From Macrostomum lignano (taxonomy: Eukaryota), in the NCBI GenBank assembly GCA_002269645.1, contig NIVC01003723.1:16559-80558 (forward strand): a DNA stretch of 64,000 bases, written 5' to 3'. Below are positions 37,811-48,829 of this stretch, in pieces. Below the pieces are notes generated by a model that was given only the letters and a program-made list of their open reading frames with translations, did not search any database and was not told the origin of the DNA. Numbering within the stretch: the stretch's first letter is position 1; each line of letters starts with the position of its first letter. Position numbers and translations under genes: made by a program.

Positions 37811-39123
37811 CAATGAAAAATAGTCTGGGGACTAGTCGGTAACAAAGTACATTAGCTGTACACTGGGAGAAATTAGAGTAAATTTGGTTTTTCGATGATT
37901 ATTCATCACACGTGTTCACATAATGATGGATAACAGAAGAATCTAAATAGTATTGCACGCTTGAAATATTTTTATAACTTGTGACACACACTCGCATACA
38001 ATAGGGGCATATTTTCGTACACATAGATAAGTTCCTATACCTGTTTATAAAATATTGAAGTATGTAACGATAAAAAAGAAATCAAAAGGAAGGTAATTAT
38101 GGAAGTTAAAAAACATCTATAGGTGAGATGATCGGATCATCTTTGTTTAAATTGTTTCAAGTTAATTTTGTTTGTTCGATTTAGTTGTAAATCTATAAAT
38201 ATACTAAATTTCATGCTATAAATTATTACCAGTAGACACATAATGATTTTTGTAACCAAGGTAATTACTACTTGACTACCAATCACAGAAGCCGTTACAT
38301 CAGTGAGTGATTCTTCACAACACATAAATGACCGGACAAAAACACACCTTCTCTTCCTTGCTTGAGTCCGTCAACTCAGGGAGAATAAAAGCGCCAAAAA
38401 ATGACTAATTACAAGGATCTTAAAATACAAGCAAAGTTTTTTAAATCAAATACTTTGACGTTTAATATTGGTCGGTCGGTCAGGTCAGCTTAGACACAAA
38501 TCTATGGAATGAAGGAGAACAATCTGTAAGAACGATAGTGTAAGTTCACTCGACTGAAGCTACATGCATGCGCGTGAGTGCACCTGATAGTTAAAAAGCG
38601 GCTTTCCCGACTACTCCATCAATCAATTTCAAGCAAAAAGGACACCTTTGACATTCAAAATATAACTGACAATATAGAAATTTATAATATTAATAATAAT
38701 AAAATATTCGACGATCTGTGGACACTCGCGTCCCTTGATGAATCAGAGTCGCATCTCTAGCAAAAGTTCAGCGCCAACACAACGATTCTTGGACGACTCT
38801 TTCGCGACTCTGTAACCATTCTGCACCTCACATGACGCATTTGTGATGCAAGTCGCCTCTCCGTCACATTGGATTCTTGTATTCTTGTAAAGGTATCGTT
38901 TTTAACGGGTGTGCCCTGGAGGTTAGTCAGACGCGTTTACCAACTGAGCTGCTCTGCCAATGCACTCGTGGCATTATCCATTCAATCAACAGTAGCATCC
39001 AACGACATAGGCGCTAACAAAAAAAAGCAAAATAAAAAACATAAATCAAGCCTACAACAATTAATCAGTAGGTGAATTTCACAAGAAATTAAAAACAAAC
39101 AAGCATTGGCTGACAAAATGGAA

Positions 39124-42100
39124 TTAAAGCTTGTAGAATGTCTCCTCAACGTCATTGGCGGAGACTAATTGCTTTGATCGAACCACCAGTTCGGGATTTG
39201 CCAGAGCATCAGCCGGTGAGCAGTCGGCTAAGCCGGGATCAGCCACAGTTGTCAGGGTAGGAGCGCCAGAGCCGTGCTGGCGCCTGGCCTGCTGGCTGTG
39301 CAGGTAGCGAGCCGTACGCCTGGCAGGCATGCAGCTGTAGGCAGCCTGGGTGTCTTCCTCTGATAGGCTGCGGCGTGGGGTGGGGACTCTTGCGTGAGGC
39401 TCAAGCTACTCTAACTGAGGATCTGAGAGGCTGGCCCAGCGACTGAGGATCTCGGAAGCAACTGAGGATCTGGGAGGGTCACCAAGCAACTGAGGATCTG
39501 GAGGGTCGCCAAGCAACTGAGGATCTGGGAGGGTTGCCAAGCAACTGAGGATCTGGAGGGTTGCCAAGCAACTGAGGATCTGGGAGGGTTGCCAAGCAAC
39601 TGAGGATCTGGGAGGGTCGCCAAGCAACTGAGGATCTGGAGGGTTGCCAAGCAACTGAGGATCTGGGAGGGTTGCCAAGCAACTGAGGATCTGGAGGGTT
39701 GCCAAGCAACTGAGGATCTGGAGGGTTGCCAAGCAACTGAGGATCTGGAGGGTTGCCAAGCAACTGAGGATCTGGAGGGTTGCCAAGCAACTGAGGATCT
39801 GGAGGGTTGCCAAGCAACTGAGGATCTGGAGGGTCGCCAAGCAACTGAGGATCTGGGAGGGTTGCCAAGCAACTGAGGATCTGGAGGGTTGCCAAGCAAC
39901 TGAGGATCTGGAGGGTTGCCAAGCAACTGAGGATCTGGAGGGTTGCCAAGCAACTGAGGATCTGGGAGGCTGGCCCAGCAACTGAGGATCTGGAGGGTTG
40001 CCAAGCAACTGAGGATCTGGGAGGCTGGCCCAGCAACTGAGGATCTGGGAGGCTGGCCAAGCAACTGAGGACCCCATCAAAGCTCTCATTAGTTTAACAT
40101 TAGATAAAACAAGAAATCAATGTTGAAAGTAAAACCGACCAGCCCTACCTGCTCTCATTCTCCAATTTTTCAACGTTAGTCTTTAACTGCATAAATTTGA
40201 GATCAAATTTTCTCAAAAATTCGTTAGAATCCATCTCGCTAAAATCTCTGTCGCTAGCAAAAGTTTTCGACCTGGTGACGGATGAAGAAGAAGCCGATTT
40301 CATCGAGTGGTTTGGCTTAGCCGAACTGTTAGCAGCCGCAGCAGGCTGAGCAGGTGCCTCATCATCGGCCACAAACTGCTCAAAGCTGACTTCCGCCTCA
40401 ACCACAGTCGAGGGCGGAGTCGGGTTCCTAGAGGAAGTGCCCGAGGCGGAACCGCTGCGACTGCCAGCTGCCGGCCCAGAAAGCTCGGGCACTTTGATGC
40501 TGGACTTCAACTGTAGACCATCGTTGCTCCACAAGCCGTTGAGTCTTTTCAGCTCTTCCACCTGAGTGGAAAATTAAGGTCATTGAGTTAGGCAGGCAAC
40601 TAACAGCCAGAAAGGAGACAAATTAGGAAGTAAAATTCAGGGGCTGGCCATAGAGGCACACAGATATGCAAGAAAGTATAGATGTAATTGCGATTAATGT
40701 TCTGTACCAAAGGTCGACAAACGTTTTTATAAGGGCCAGATAAAGAATATACTTCATGGTCGCTGGTCAGATGAGAGTGGAAAGGAGAGAGAATGGATGA
40801 GAAATGAGAGAGAGAAGAGAGGGGGAGAGGTGAACCTTTGTGTAGGCCAGAGTTTCAAGTAGGCCAGATTACTATTGTGAAGTTTTAAAAGACCCAAGGG
40901 CCAAATAAAGAGGGGTTTTGTAGGCCTGGCCACATATAGCCTGCAGGCCAGACTTTGCCAACCCTTGTTCTATACAAATCATTTTGAATGTTAAGCTATT
41001 TAACATTGATAATGTATAAACAGAAAGGATATTTCCATTGCTAAAACTAAATACAAAAGTATAAAAATATAACTATAATTTAAACTTCTTACAATTTGAA
41101 ACTTAAAGTTTTATGAACCATATCTTATTAATGTTTTATATATTATAATAATAATGCCTCAACTTTAACTTTTGTTTGGCATTATAAATTTGGATCCCAG
41201 ATGCGAATTCTAGCTAGATACTTTTTATTTCAATATACAATATCCATATTTTTAATTCATATATTATCCAAAGTAATAAACTTTAAAAAATTGGGATTGC
41301 AAGAATTCTATCAGCTATCAAATTTGAAGCACCTATCTATATAAGCCTAGAGCCTATATAAGCCTTAGTGCATTAAAAATATTGAATATATGTTCTAAAA
41401 TTACTCATTTTATTTTATGTTTCCTAGAAAGCATTATTTCAAATCTGCACTAAAAAATTATTTGTTTAAATGCTATGAACCACAAAAATATTTTTGTGAC
41501 CAATCTTAGTTATAAACAGTAAAGAATTTTTGTATAAATAGAAGCCTAGAACAGGCCAAAAAATAATTATCTACAAGCTAGCAAATTCACTTAGCAAACT
41601 AATATAATTGTTCCATATTAAAATTGCTAATTGCAGTATTCAAGAGACTTATTCATTTCTTTAGAGTATCAAGTCCTATATTGGGAGTTTTGAAAACAAT
41701 TGAAAGCAAGTATCGCCTAAGAGCAATAATTACTATAGAGTAGCAAAATTGCCTTACCTTTAAGGCAGGAGAAACTGCCTCAGGGCAGTGAAATTGCTTA
41801 GAAGCTGTAACCCTTTGATCCTGGGAATATCCAAGGCTGAGAGAAAACTACTGTAGGAGCCATACATGCCTAACACCCATCCAAACCAGATGGGTAAAAT
41901 GGCCACTGGCCAAGGTAAGTTGTAAAATCAAAAATGTGAAAAATGAAAAATTTGGAGAAGAAAGGAGAAAAGGAAAAGGAAAAAGGAAGAAGAGAGAAAA
42001 GGAAAGAGGAGAGAGAAAAAGAAAGAAGAAAAGAGAAAAAGGCAAGAAAAGTCATATAAAAAATAAAAATTAGGTTGTAATTGGGAGAAACTAAGTTGCA

Positions 42101-45100
42101 AATCTAGACAAAACTAAGTCACACCAGACAGGTGAAATAGGTCCTAGTCATTTTGTCAACTGGCGTTTTGTCAACTGGCCATTTTGTCAACTTGGTTTTA
42201 TCACTGGTCGTTTCGTCAACTAGCCAATGAAGCAATTTCAAACCTCAGTCACTTTATCAACTGGCCAACAAGAAGTGTTCCAACATTGTTCACTTCGTCA
42301 ACTGCCAATAAACTATCCCCCGCAGCCACAAAAAGGTAAAACTGAACCCTGAAATGACTAAGTCAACAGGCTAATTAATATTCATACCCTTCTGCAACAT
42401 CTGCCAGCTTTCGATCAATGCGTCTCTGTTATATGCTTGTACATGTACTAACAAAATATAATGCCCTCATGTGTTTGAAACGTGTGCAGCACAACGGGGT
42501 TGACATCCCGTGTTACACATTTGTATATATTAAATTTTGAATGCAGAAGTAATAAAGAAGTAGTACATGTAGTTGAGGAGTAACTGGACCAAAGATAATG
42601 CTGAAAGTAGCCGGGTCCTCTATTCGCAAAACATACATATAGAAAGCATTCCAAATCAAGCCATTACATACATGAATGTGTTCATGTATGAGGGAAGAGG
42701 GAGAAAATGTGTTCATGTATGACTGTGCAGCAGGTCACTTGGACAGAACAGGTTGGCGTGGTGATATAAAAGCTGCATTGGTCACTCCTGTAGGCGATCT
42801 TAACTTGAAGGTGGCGTGCAGCAGGCCAGCATGCACTGCATCAACTTGTTGCTCAAGCAACTTCATCAGCATCCAGGTCTTGACAGTGTATAGCAAGATG
42901 GTCTCAATCACCGCCTTGCCTGGAACAATGCTGTCCTCTAGCGGTCAGCTATACATTAAGCTGGCCTCGGAACGCAGGACTCCCCTAGACTACATGTAAA
43001 TATATTGTAATTCAAGCCAGTAGTGTCGGAACATATTTCAGAGTAGGTGGGGGCTCTTGATGGGAGGGCACATTGCATATAATTTCTTCTAATCTAAGGG
43101 CACCCAAACTTCTGCTGTTATATGAGTTTGTAGCAATATGACATAACAAGGCCAATATTCAATTCTGTGTTGGGGTAGCCAAAAGTCTAGCTGAAAATGC
43201 TTAAATTTTCAACTAATTCAAACATTGTGCAACTGTACTGCACTCATTTCAAGGACTGCACTTAAGTGACTTCAGTGGTCCTTGACTAATTTATTTAGTA
43301 TATAGTCATAGATTTCTCAAATGAATGAAAATTGCAAGGGCAAGACCAGTAATTTTCTGGATCTCTTGGCGCTGTCTCTATTCTTTTAGCTTTTATATCT
43401 TTCCTCTCATCTTCCTTTTTTTCTCCATTTTCTTTTCCCTTCCTTTCTCTCTTGATCCTCTCCTTTCCTCTCTCTTCTATTTTGTCTCTCCTCTCCTCTT
43501 GATCTATCCTCTCCTATTTCATCTCTCCTCTCAATTGTATACTCTCTTATCCTTATTCCTTCGCCTCTCCTTTCTTCTACAAATATGCCAGCTTGTATTT
43601 TTCTTCTCCATTCCCTATCCTCTCTCCCTCCTTTGGCTTGCAATCATCAGGGACTCCTGGGTGCATTTTGCTTAGGGGCCTAGCGAAGCAGACCTAGAAG
43701 GGCAGTCATTGCGCTAGGTTTTCAATCTGGCCCTTAAGGTAAAAAGTTTGTTGATCCTACATGTAAAACCACTAGGCTTAGGCATATGGCCAAGTCTTAT
43801 GCAGCTACATGAGCAGGAATGCACGAATCAAAAGCACACCACTGTGGTATTGCACCCAATATCGCCAATCGGTTTGCCCATCTGCCTATGCCTTTGCATC
43901 TGTCTACTTGTGTCTGCTTGTGCCTTCTTACAGTGCACTATACATTTTAGTGTTAAGCATGACAAGGAGTGAAATACCTTATACGTGTACGGCATGATCG
44001 ATTGATGAGCGTGTGTGAATTGTACAAATTATATACTCTGATTAAAAGCATTATTGGATATCAAGATTCACTGTAGGGGCTTTGGCTGACTATGCACAAC
44101 GGGGTGGAAGGGTGGGAAGGTGCACGTAGTCTACTAATTTTTGCGACTCCATATATAGAGGACTTCATAGCAGTCTTCGATGCGTTTTGATAGGAGAAAT
44201 ACCCATGTTTTGTAGTCGCATGTATGGTTGCATAACACAAATACTCAAGATTCATTAATGCTTGGATGTATATGGGTATGAGTGCGCATAGGGTGACGCA
44301 TTTGCATAGAATATTTGCATCAAAACATTTTACCTAATGGACATGCAGTCTGGTATTGCAAAATTGTAAAATTTGTTTGTTTTTTTAAATAAGGCAATTA
44401 ATAAAACAAGTCATCGATATAACAATAATTGTAAGCTATACAAGATATGCAGCTAAATCAGCTACATATATATATCATTCAAATAATCAAAATCTTAGTT
44501 ACTTTATCAATAAGCAAATGGGAAAGACCTAGGCATTAGTCACTTCATCAATATACATGCGCAACTGCTGGCCAACCTGGCCAATCTGGCCACCGTAAAT
44601 TGTGGTGGACCAGAGGTAAGTCGCAAAAATGCTACCCCAAAAAATATGGACATAGTACTAATTAGATTCCAAGGCATTTAGGCCTGATAAGACAGTTATA
44701 GTTACTCCTGCCATTTACTTGTTAATTTTGCTTTAGGTTTTCTTCACAGGTAAGTTGCATTTTTGGTCAAAAAGTAAGTCGCATGGCCAGTGTAAATCAG
44801 GGGGGTTGCGCATGTATGCTTCATCAACTACCAGTAAAGTTGCCCCAATACTTTGGTCACTTTGTCAACTGAGTTGACAAAATGCCAGTTGATGAAATGA
44901 CCATCACCTAGTGAAATTACACATTAACCAATAAAAATATATAAACAAAGTACATTTATATGCTACCAATAAAAGTTAAGTAACAGCAATAAGATCATCT
45001 CAGAGGGAAGAAGAAGCCCTTAGCCCTGTAACATCTTAACGGTATCAGTGTGATCATTAGGCCTAAAGACAAAAGTTTAGCCCTTTGAGTTTGACAATTA

Positions 45101-45423
45101 TTTAAAATAGATTAGTAAGTATTTATTATATAACTTACAAAAAATGCTCATGCCTAGGTTTCAAGTTCTTACTCTTAGGCCCTTAAGCATATTCCATATA
45201 ATGCTGGCAAGCACTAAAAAAAGCAACAAAAAGAACTTACTGTTGTTTCATATTTAATTGCTAAAGACACAAGAGTGTCACTAGGTCTAACTTTGTGGAG
45301 TCTTGTCTTCTGAGATGTTGTTGAAGCACTTTTTGATGTTGCACCATATGTTCGAATTTTCTTAACTGTATTTTTTGGGACAGTTGATCCAGAAGTAAAC
45401 AATATATCTTTTTCATCAGCCAT
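39124..45423 (-). CDS. LysM domain-containing protein (LYSMD1/2-like); exons 45423-45241, 40561-40149, 39367-39124
   Basis: RTYGAT...HKVRPSDTLVSLAIKYETT|VEELKRLNGLWSNDGLQLKSSIKVP is a LysM domain split by an intron; later FLRKFDLK and the C-terminus EETFYKL* resemble LYSMD1/2. The last acceptor was inferred from phase. Confidence 0.85.
39410..40072. repeat. 27-28-bp minisatellite (GCCAAGCAACTGAGGATCTGGAGGGTT)n in LysM-gene intron 2, same family as 24870-25180
   Basis: About 24 copies; the end copies match the HBS1L-intron unit. Confidence 0.93.
40708..40967. mobile_element. hAT-type MITE (~260 bp)
   Basis: Imperfect TIRs CAAAGGTCGACAAAC / CTTTGCCAACCCTTG; 8-bp flanks TTCTGTAC (40700-40707) and TTCTATAC (40968-40975) match 7/8. 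Confidence 0.7.
42140..44908. mobile_element. Putative TIR element with TA flanks (~2.77 kb) containing nested debris
   Basis: Left GGTCCTAGTCATTTTGTCAACTGGCGTTTTGTCAAC versus right GTTGACAAAATGCCAGTTGATGAAATGACCATCACC; TA at 42138-42139 and 44909-44910. Confidence 0.5.
42730..42950 (-). pseudogene. Non-LTR retrotransposon (RTE-like) post-RT fragment
   Basis: Minus-strand KAVIETILLYTVKTWMLMKLLEQQVDAVHAGLL...VTNA resembles the conserved LINE segment after RT. Confidence 0.55.
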
Positions 45424-46639
45424 TTCTAAATCTAAACATCACATTGACAAAGGCAAAATATGATAATTGAATAGGCCTACACTGCAAGGTTTAACTTTAA
45501 AGATGAAATTCAATTATTTTTTGAAATAGTTAAACTTTAGTTTTAAGTCTTTAACAAGTCTTGTCACCGCTTTTCAATTTTTACAACCAAGACTTTCTTC
45601 AAATTCAATCTGGCCGAGTCCTAAATTTTATTTATCCTTAGAAACTGCATTTTAATTTTTTTGAAAGAATTTTTGGGAAATTTACTAGAGACTGATTAGT
45701 TTTTAAGAAGAGGGACGCAATATGTTCAGCGTGATCGAAAAATGCAAGATTTAGGACAGCCACTGGAGAGGAGATGAGTGCTCTATTCTATCTCTAAGTG
45801 AATTCAATTTACATTAGGCCTAGCTAATTTCAGAGTAAAATTTTACACCATCCGTTTTTTCTGAATTTGTACACTTCAAGCTTAGGCTGCTTAGATTACT
45901 ATGAAAACGAGAACAGACAGATTGACTGTGGTGTTAGCCGTTAGGTAAGGTACCATATTTATTTAATTAGATATCATGATGATAAACCAAGCGATTTAAA
46001 ATCAGCTAACAAAATGGGTTTCTGCTAAAAAGACATTTAAACAACATATCAACATTTTCGCGAGTTAAGTAGCATAAATGATAAAAATGGTTTACTTAGG
46101 CAGGCAAATTACTTTAAATATTTTATTCAAATTATTGTCGCTTTTTTGAGTAATTTACAATAGCTTGCTTTACTTTTTTAACAGCAGTTTGTTGAAGTAC
46201 TTCGTTCTATTTACTATTTAAGGATATCCCGAGCGATATTCGAGATGGATATAAGTAAATAGCAAAAATCTGCTTTTAAAGCACTAAAAAACAGGAATTT
46301 TACAGAAAAAATAATTAACTAATGAGATTTTCCAGGTATAAACAACCTTAAAATTGAGCTTGGCGCTTATGATTGAAATGATTTTGTATATTGTAATTCT
46401 CATAAAGCTGATGTTTCTTTATCTCGACAGTTTTAGGTTGATATTCGATTTTGAGTTCTATCACTTGCTCTCTGTCGCTAAAATTTTAAATTGAAAATCT
46501 TTACATACAACAAGAATAATACAACAAGAAAATAAAGTGATATCAATTAAAGTTCGTTTTGTTACTTTATTCCATCCAATATAGTTTCATCAAATATATT
46601 GGCCATCCCTAAAGAAGAGCAACTCTAGCCGCCTCGACA

Positions 46640-47960
46640 ACTTGCGTGGCATAGCCCTAGAGTGCAGCACTCTAGCCCAAGTCCTTACCATCCCTTCGAA
46701 ACCGCATTCAACCCATCATCAACCAGATCGATCGAGGCTTTTCAATTTCAACATCCAGAGCTTGGCTTTCGACCTGGACGGTTCAACAGCAGAACAAGTC
46801 GCTGCGATCCGATGCATCATTGACACGTGCGAGACTCGCCAGACTTGTCAATTATTTTTGTAGATTTCTGCAAAGCTTTTGACTCCGTCAGCCGAGCGGC
46901 CATTTGCCTGGCTCCTCCAGCAGCATGGAGTTCCTCAGCTGCTGGTTCAGGCGATCATGGACCTCTACAACTCGTCCAAGGCTTTTGTCCAGACTGACCA
47001 TGGCCCTATAGCTGAATTTGCCACCACCTCCGGGGTCCTGCAAGGTGACACCCTATCATCACCGTTTCTATTCGTTATCCTGATCGACTACGTCATGCTG
47101 GCTCTGCGCGAAGAAGACGGCTATAATATGAAGTGTTGCATGCCTCGCCGCAGCTCCCGCTTTCCCTGTGTCAAGCTGACCTGCCTCGCCTACACCGAAG
47201 ACTTACCTGCTGCAGTTCCGAAGCTGCGCAGAGGGTGCTGAGAGTCGACTGGCTGGAGGGGAAGCGCGTATGGCTCCACGTCAACTACAGCTAGCAAGAC
47301 AATTAGGTGCTGCAATGCTGGCATTGCCAACTCTCCACCTCTGCAGCTCTACCCGGACGGCAACACCATTGCCCCGCAACCAGTTCAAGTATCTGGGTTT
47401 CCTGGTCACTGACCGCGGATGCCATTGTCAACAACCGCAAGCAGCTGGCGTGGCGGGCCTCCCACCTTCTCCGCTCCATCAATTAACTGCCGTCTCGCCA
47501 CCGACAGCCTGAAGGTCGCCCTCTTCCGCTCGGCAGTTGAGACGGTGCTGACCTACGGGCTGGAAGCTGTTCCCATGACTGCCACTCGTTAGGCGAGCTT
47601 GGCGGCCTGCCATCGTCACCAGCTCCTGCGCAATGCCCTGGGCATCTGGTTCCCCGAGCACGTGAACGTGCAATGCTGAGAGCTGGCGGCCCGGACCCGC
47701 GTGCCGCCCCTGGGTCGCGCTTTGCAGAGGCGACGCCAAATGTTGATCGGCAGGCGGGCCCACAAACGGGGCACCGGGCCCCCGCTCGCTGACCCTGCTG
47801 CTCAGCCCGCCTTGTGGGAGACTCCGCCGGGCCAGGCGCGCTGTACCACTCTGATCTGACTGACACTTTTCTCACTGCATGACTTGCAGGCTCTAGGCCT
47901 CCCCTCTGCAGTCTGCAGCTAAGGCTTGGACTCAGCTGTTTTCCACCAACGAGTGCTTCG
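46640..47960 (+). mobile_element. 5'-truncated, decayed non-LTR retrotransposon (RTE-like reverse transcriptase)
   Basis: DF-KAFDSV, HGVPQLLVQAIMDLY, GVLQGDTLS-PFLF, LAYTEDL (YADD equivalent), FKYLG and FRSAVETVLTYG in shifting frames. Confidence 0.8.
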
Positions 47961-48049
47961 CTGACCCCTGTGCCAGTGTCTGTTTAATAACAATAATAGT
48001 AATAATCCAATATAATATATAAATACAATTCCATTTACATGTTTCTTTA

Positions 48050-48548
48050 CTATAAGTTCTGAAGTTCATACAATAAGCTTTCAACTTTCTCGCCCAACCA
48101 ACTTTCAGCCAGAGGAATCACAGTGCGCTCAGATTCTGCCGAAGAATCGACGATTGGTATGCCTACTAGCTTTTGGCATAACTTTTTCTTCTGTTGAGGC
48201 TGGAGAATTCGACCAACCTCGCTGCGTCGCTGCACGCTGCACACAGCGGCTGCTGCCGACAACTTGCAATGCCGCTGCTGCTGCGTGCCAGATGGTGTTG
48301 ATGCAGGCGCTGCTGCATGCTCACGAGTCACGACTGGCACTCTCGATCTGTTGCTGTTGCGTATCGGCTGCGGTGTCGTTGGAGTTGTCCAGTGCAGCTG
48401 CTGCCTGCCAATCAATTCAGTGCAACACAGATGCACCCGTGGTGTGAGTCGATCGCCAGCGTACTTTAGAATTGCTTTGATAGACTCCCTTACATCTTCT
48501 TCTGGCTGGTCCGTTGGCTTTTGAAGCTTTTTGTGGCATCTGTTAGGA
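48050..48548 (-). CDS. Possible terminal exon of an unidentified gene or transposon protein
   Basis: Open frame from an acceptor-like AACAG through CHKKLQKPTDQPEEDVRESIKAILKY... to LLYELQNL*; no family recognised. Confidence 0.3.
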
Positions 48549-48690
48549 ACTTTTTAGGGCAAACGAAAATTAGGGGCGCCATAAAAATCGCCAGCTACAA
48601 GGGGGGAGGCGACTGCTCCCCTCCACCACGCCCCTTAAATCCGCCCCTGAGCATACATAGCTAGCAATCAAAACAAATACCAGCAGCTAA

Positions 48691-48829
48691 TAGGGAATAC
48701 AATCCCGGGATTGGCAAAGTCCGGGATATCCCGAATCCCGATCCCGAGAATCCCGGGATTTTCGAAGTCCGGGATATCCCGATCCCGAGAATCCCGGGAT
48801 TGACAAAACTTGGGATTTTGTATTCCTTA
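48691..48829. mobile_element. Palindromic hAT-type MITE (139 bp)
   Basis: TIRs TAGGGAATACAA / TTGTATTCCTTA, internal ATCCCGGGAT palindromes, 8-bp flanks GCAGCTAA and GCAGCTAT. Confidence 0.72.

Noticed and set aside
39368-39405. Acceptor at 39406 for the last LysM-gene exon
   Set aside because: It puts the exon in a frame that loses the conserved-looking EETFYKL terminus; the CCGCAG acceptor at 39368 keeps phase.
35997-40089. Long ORFs at 35997-36858 and 39406-40089
   Set aside because: Minisatellite translations.
41848-41915. GHFTHLVW resembling the CAP/SCP motif GHFTQxVW
   Set aside because: Isolated octapeptide after a low-complexity stretch and followed quickly by a stop; no other CAP motifs.
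43325-43675. Hydrophobic 116-aa ORF resembling a membrane protein
   Set aside because: Translation of a CT-rich low-complexity tract.
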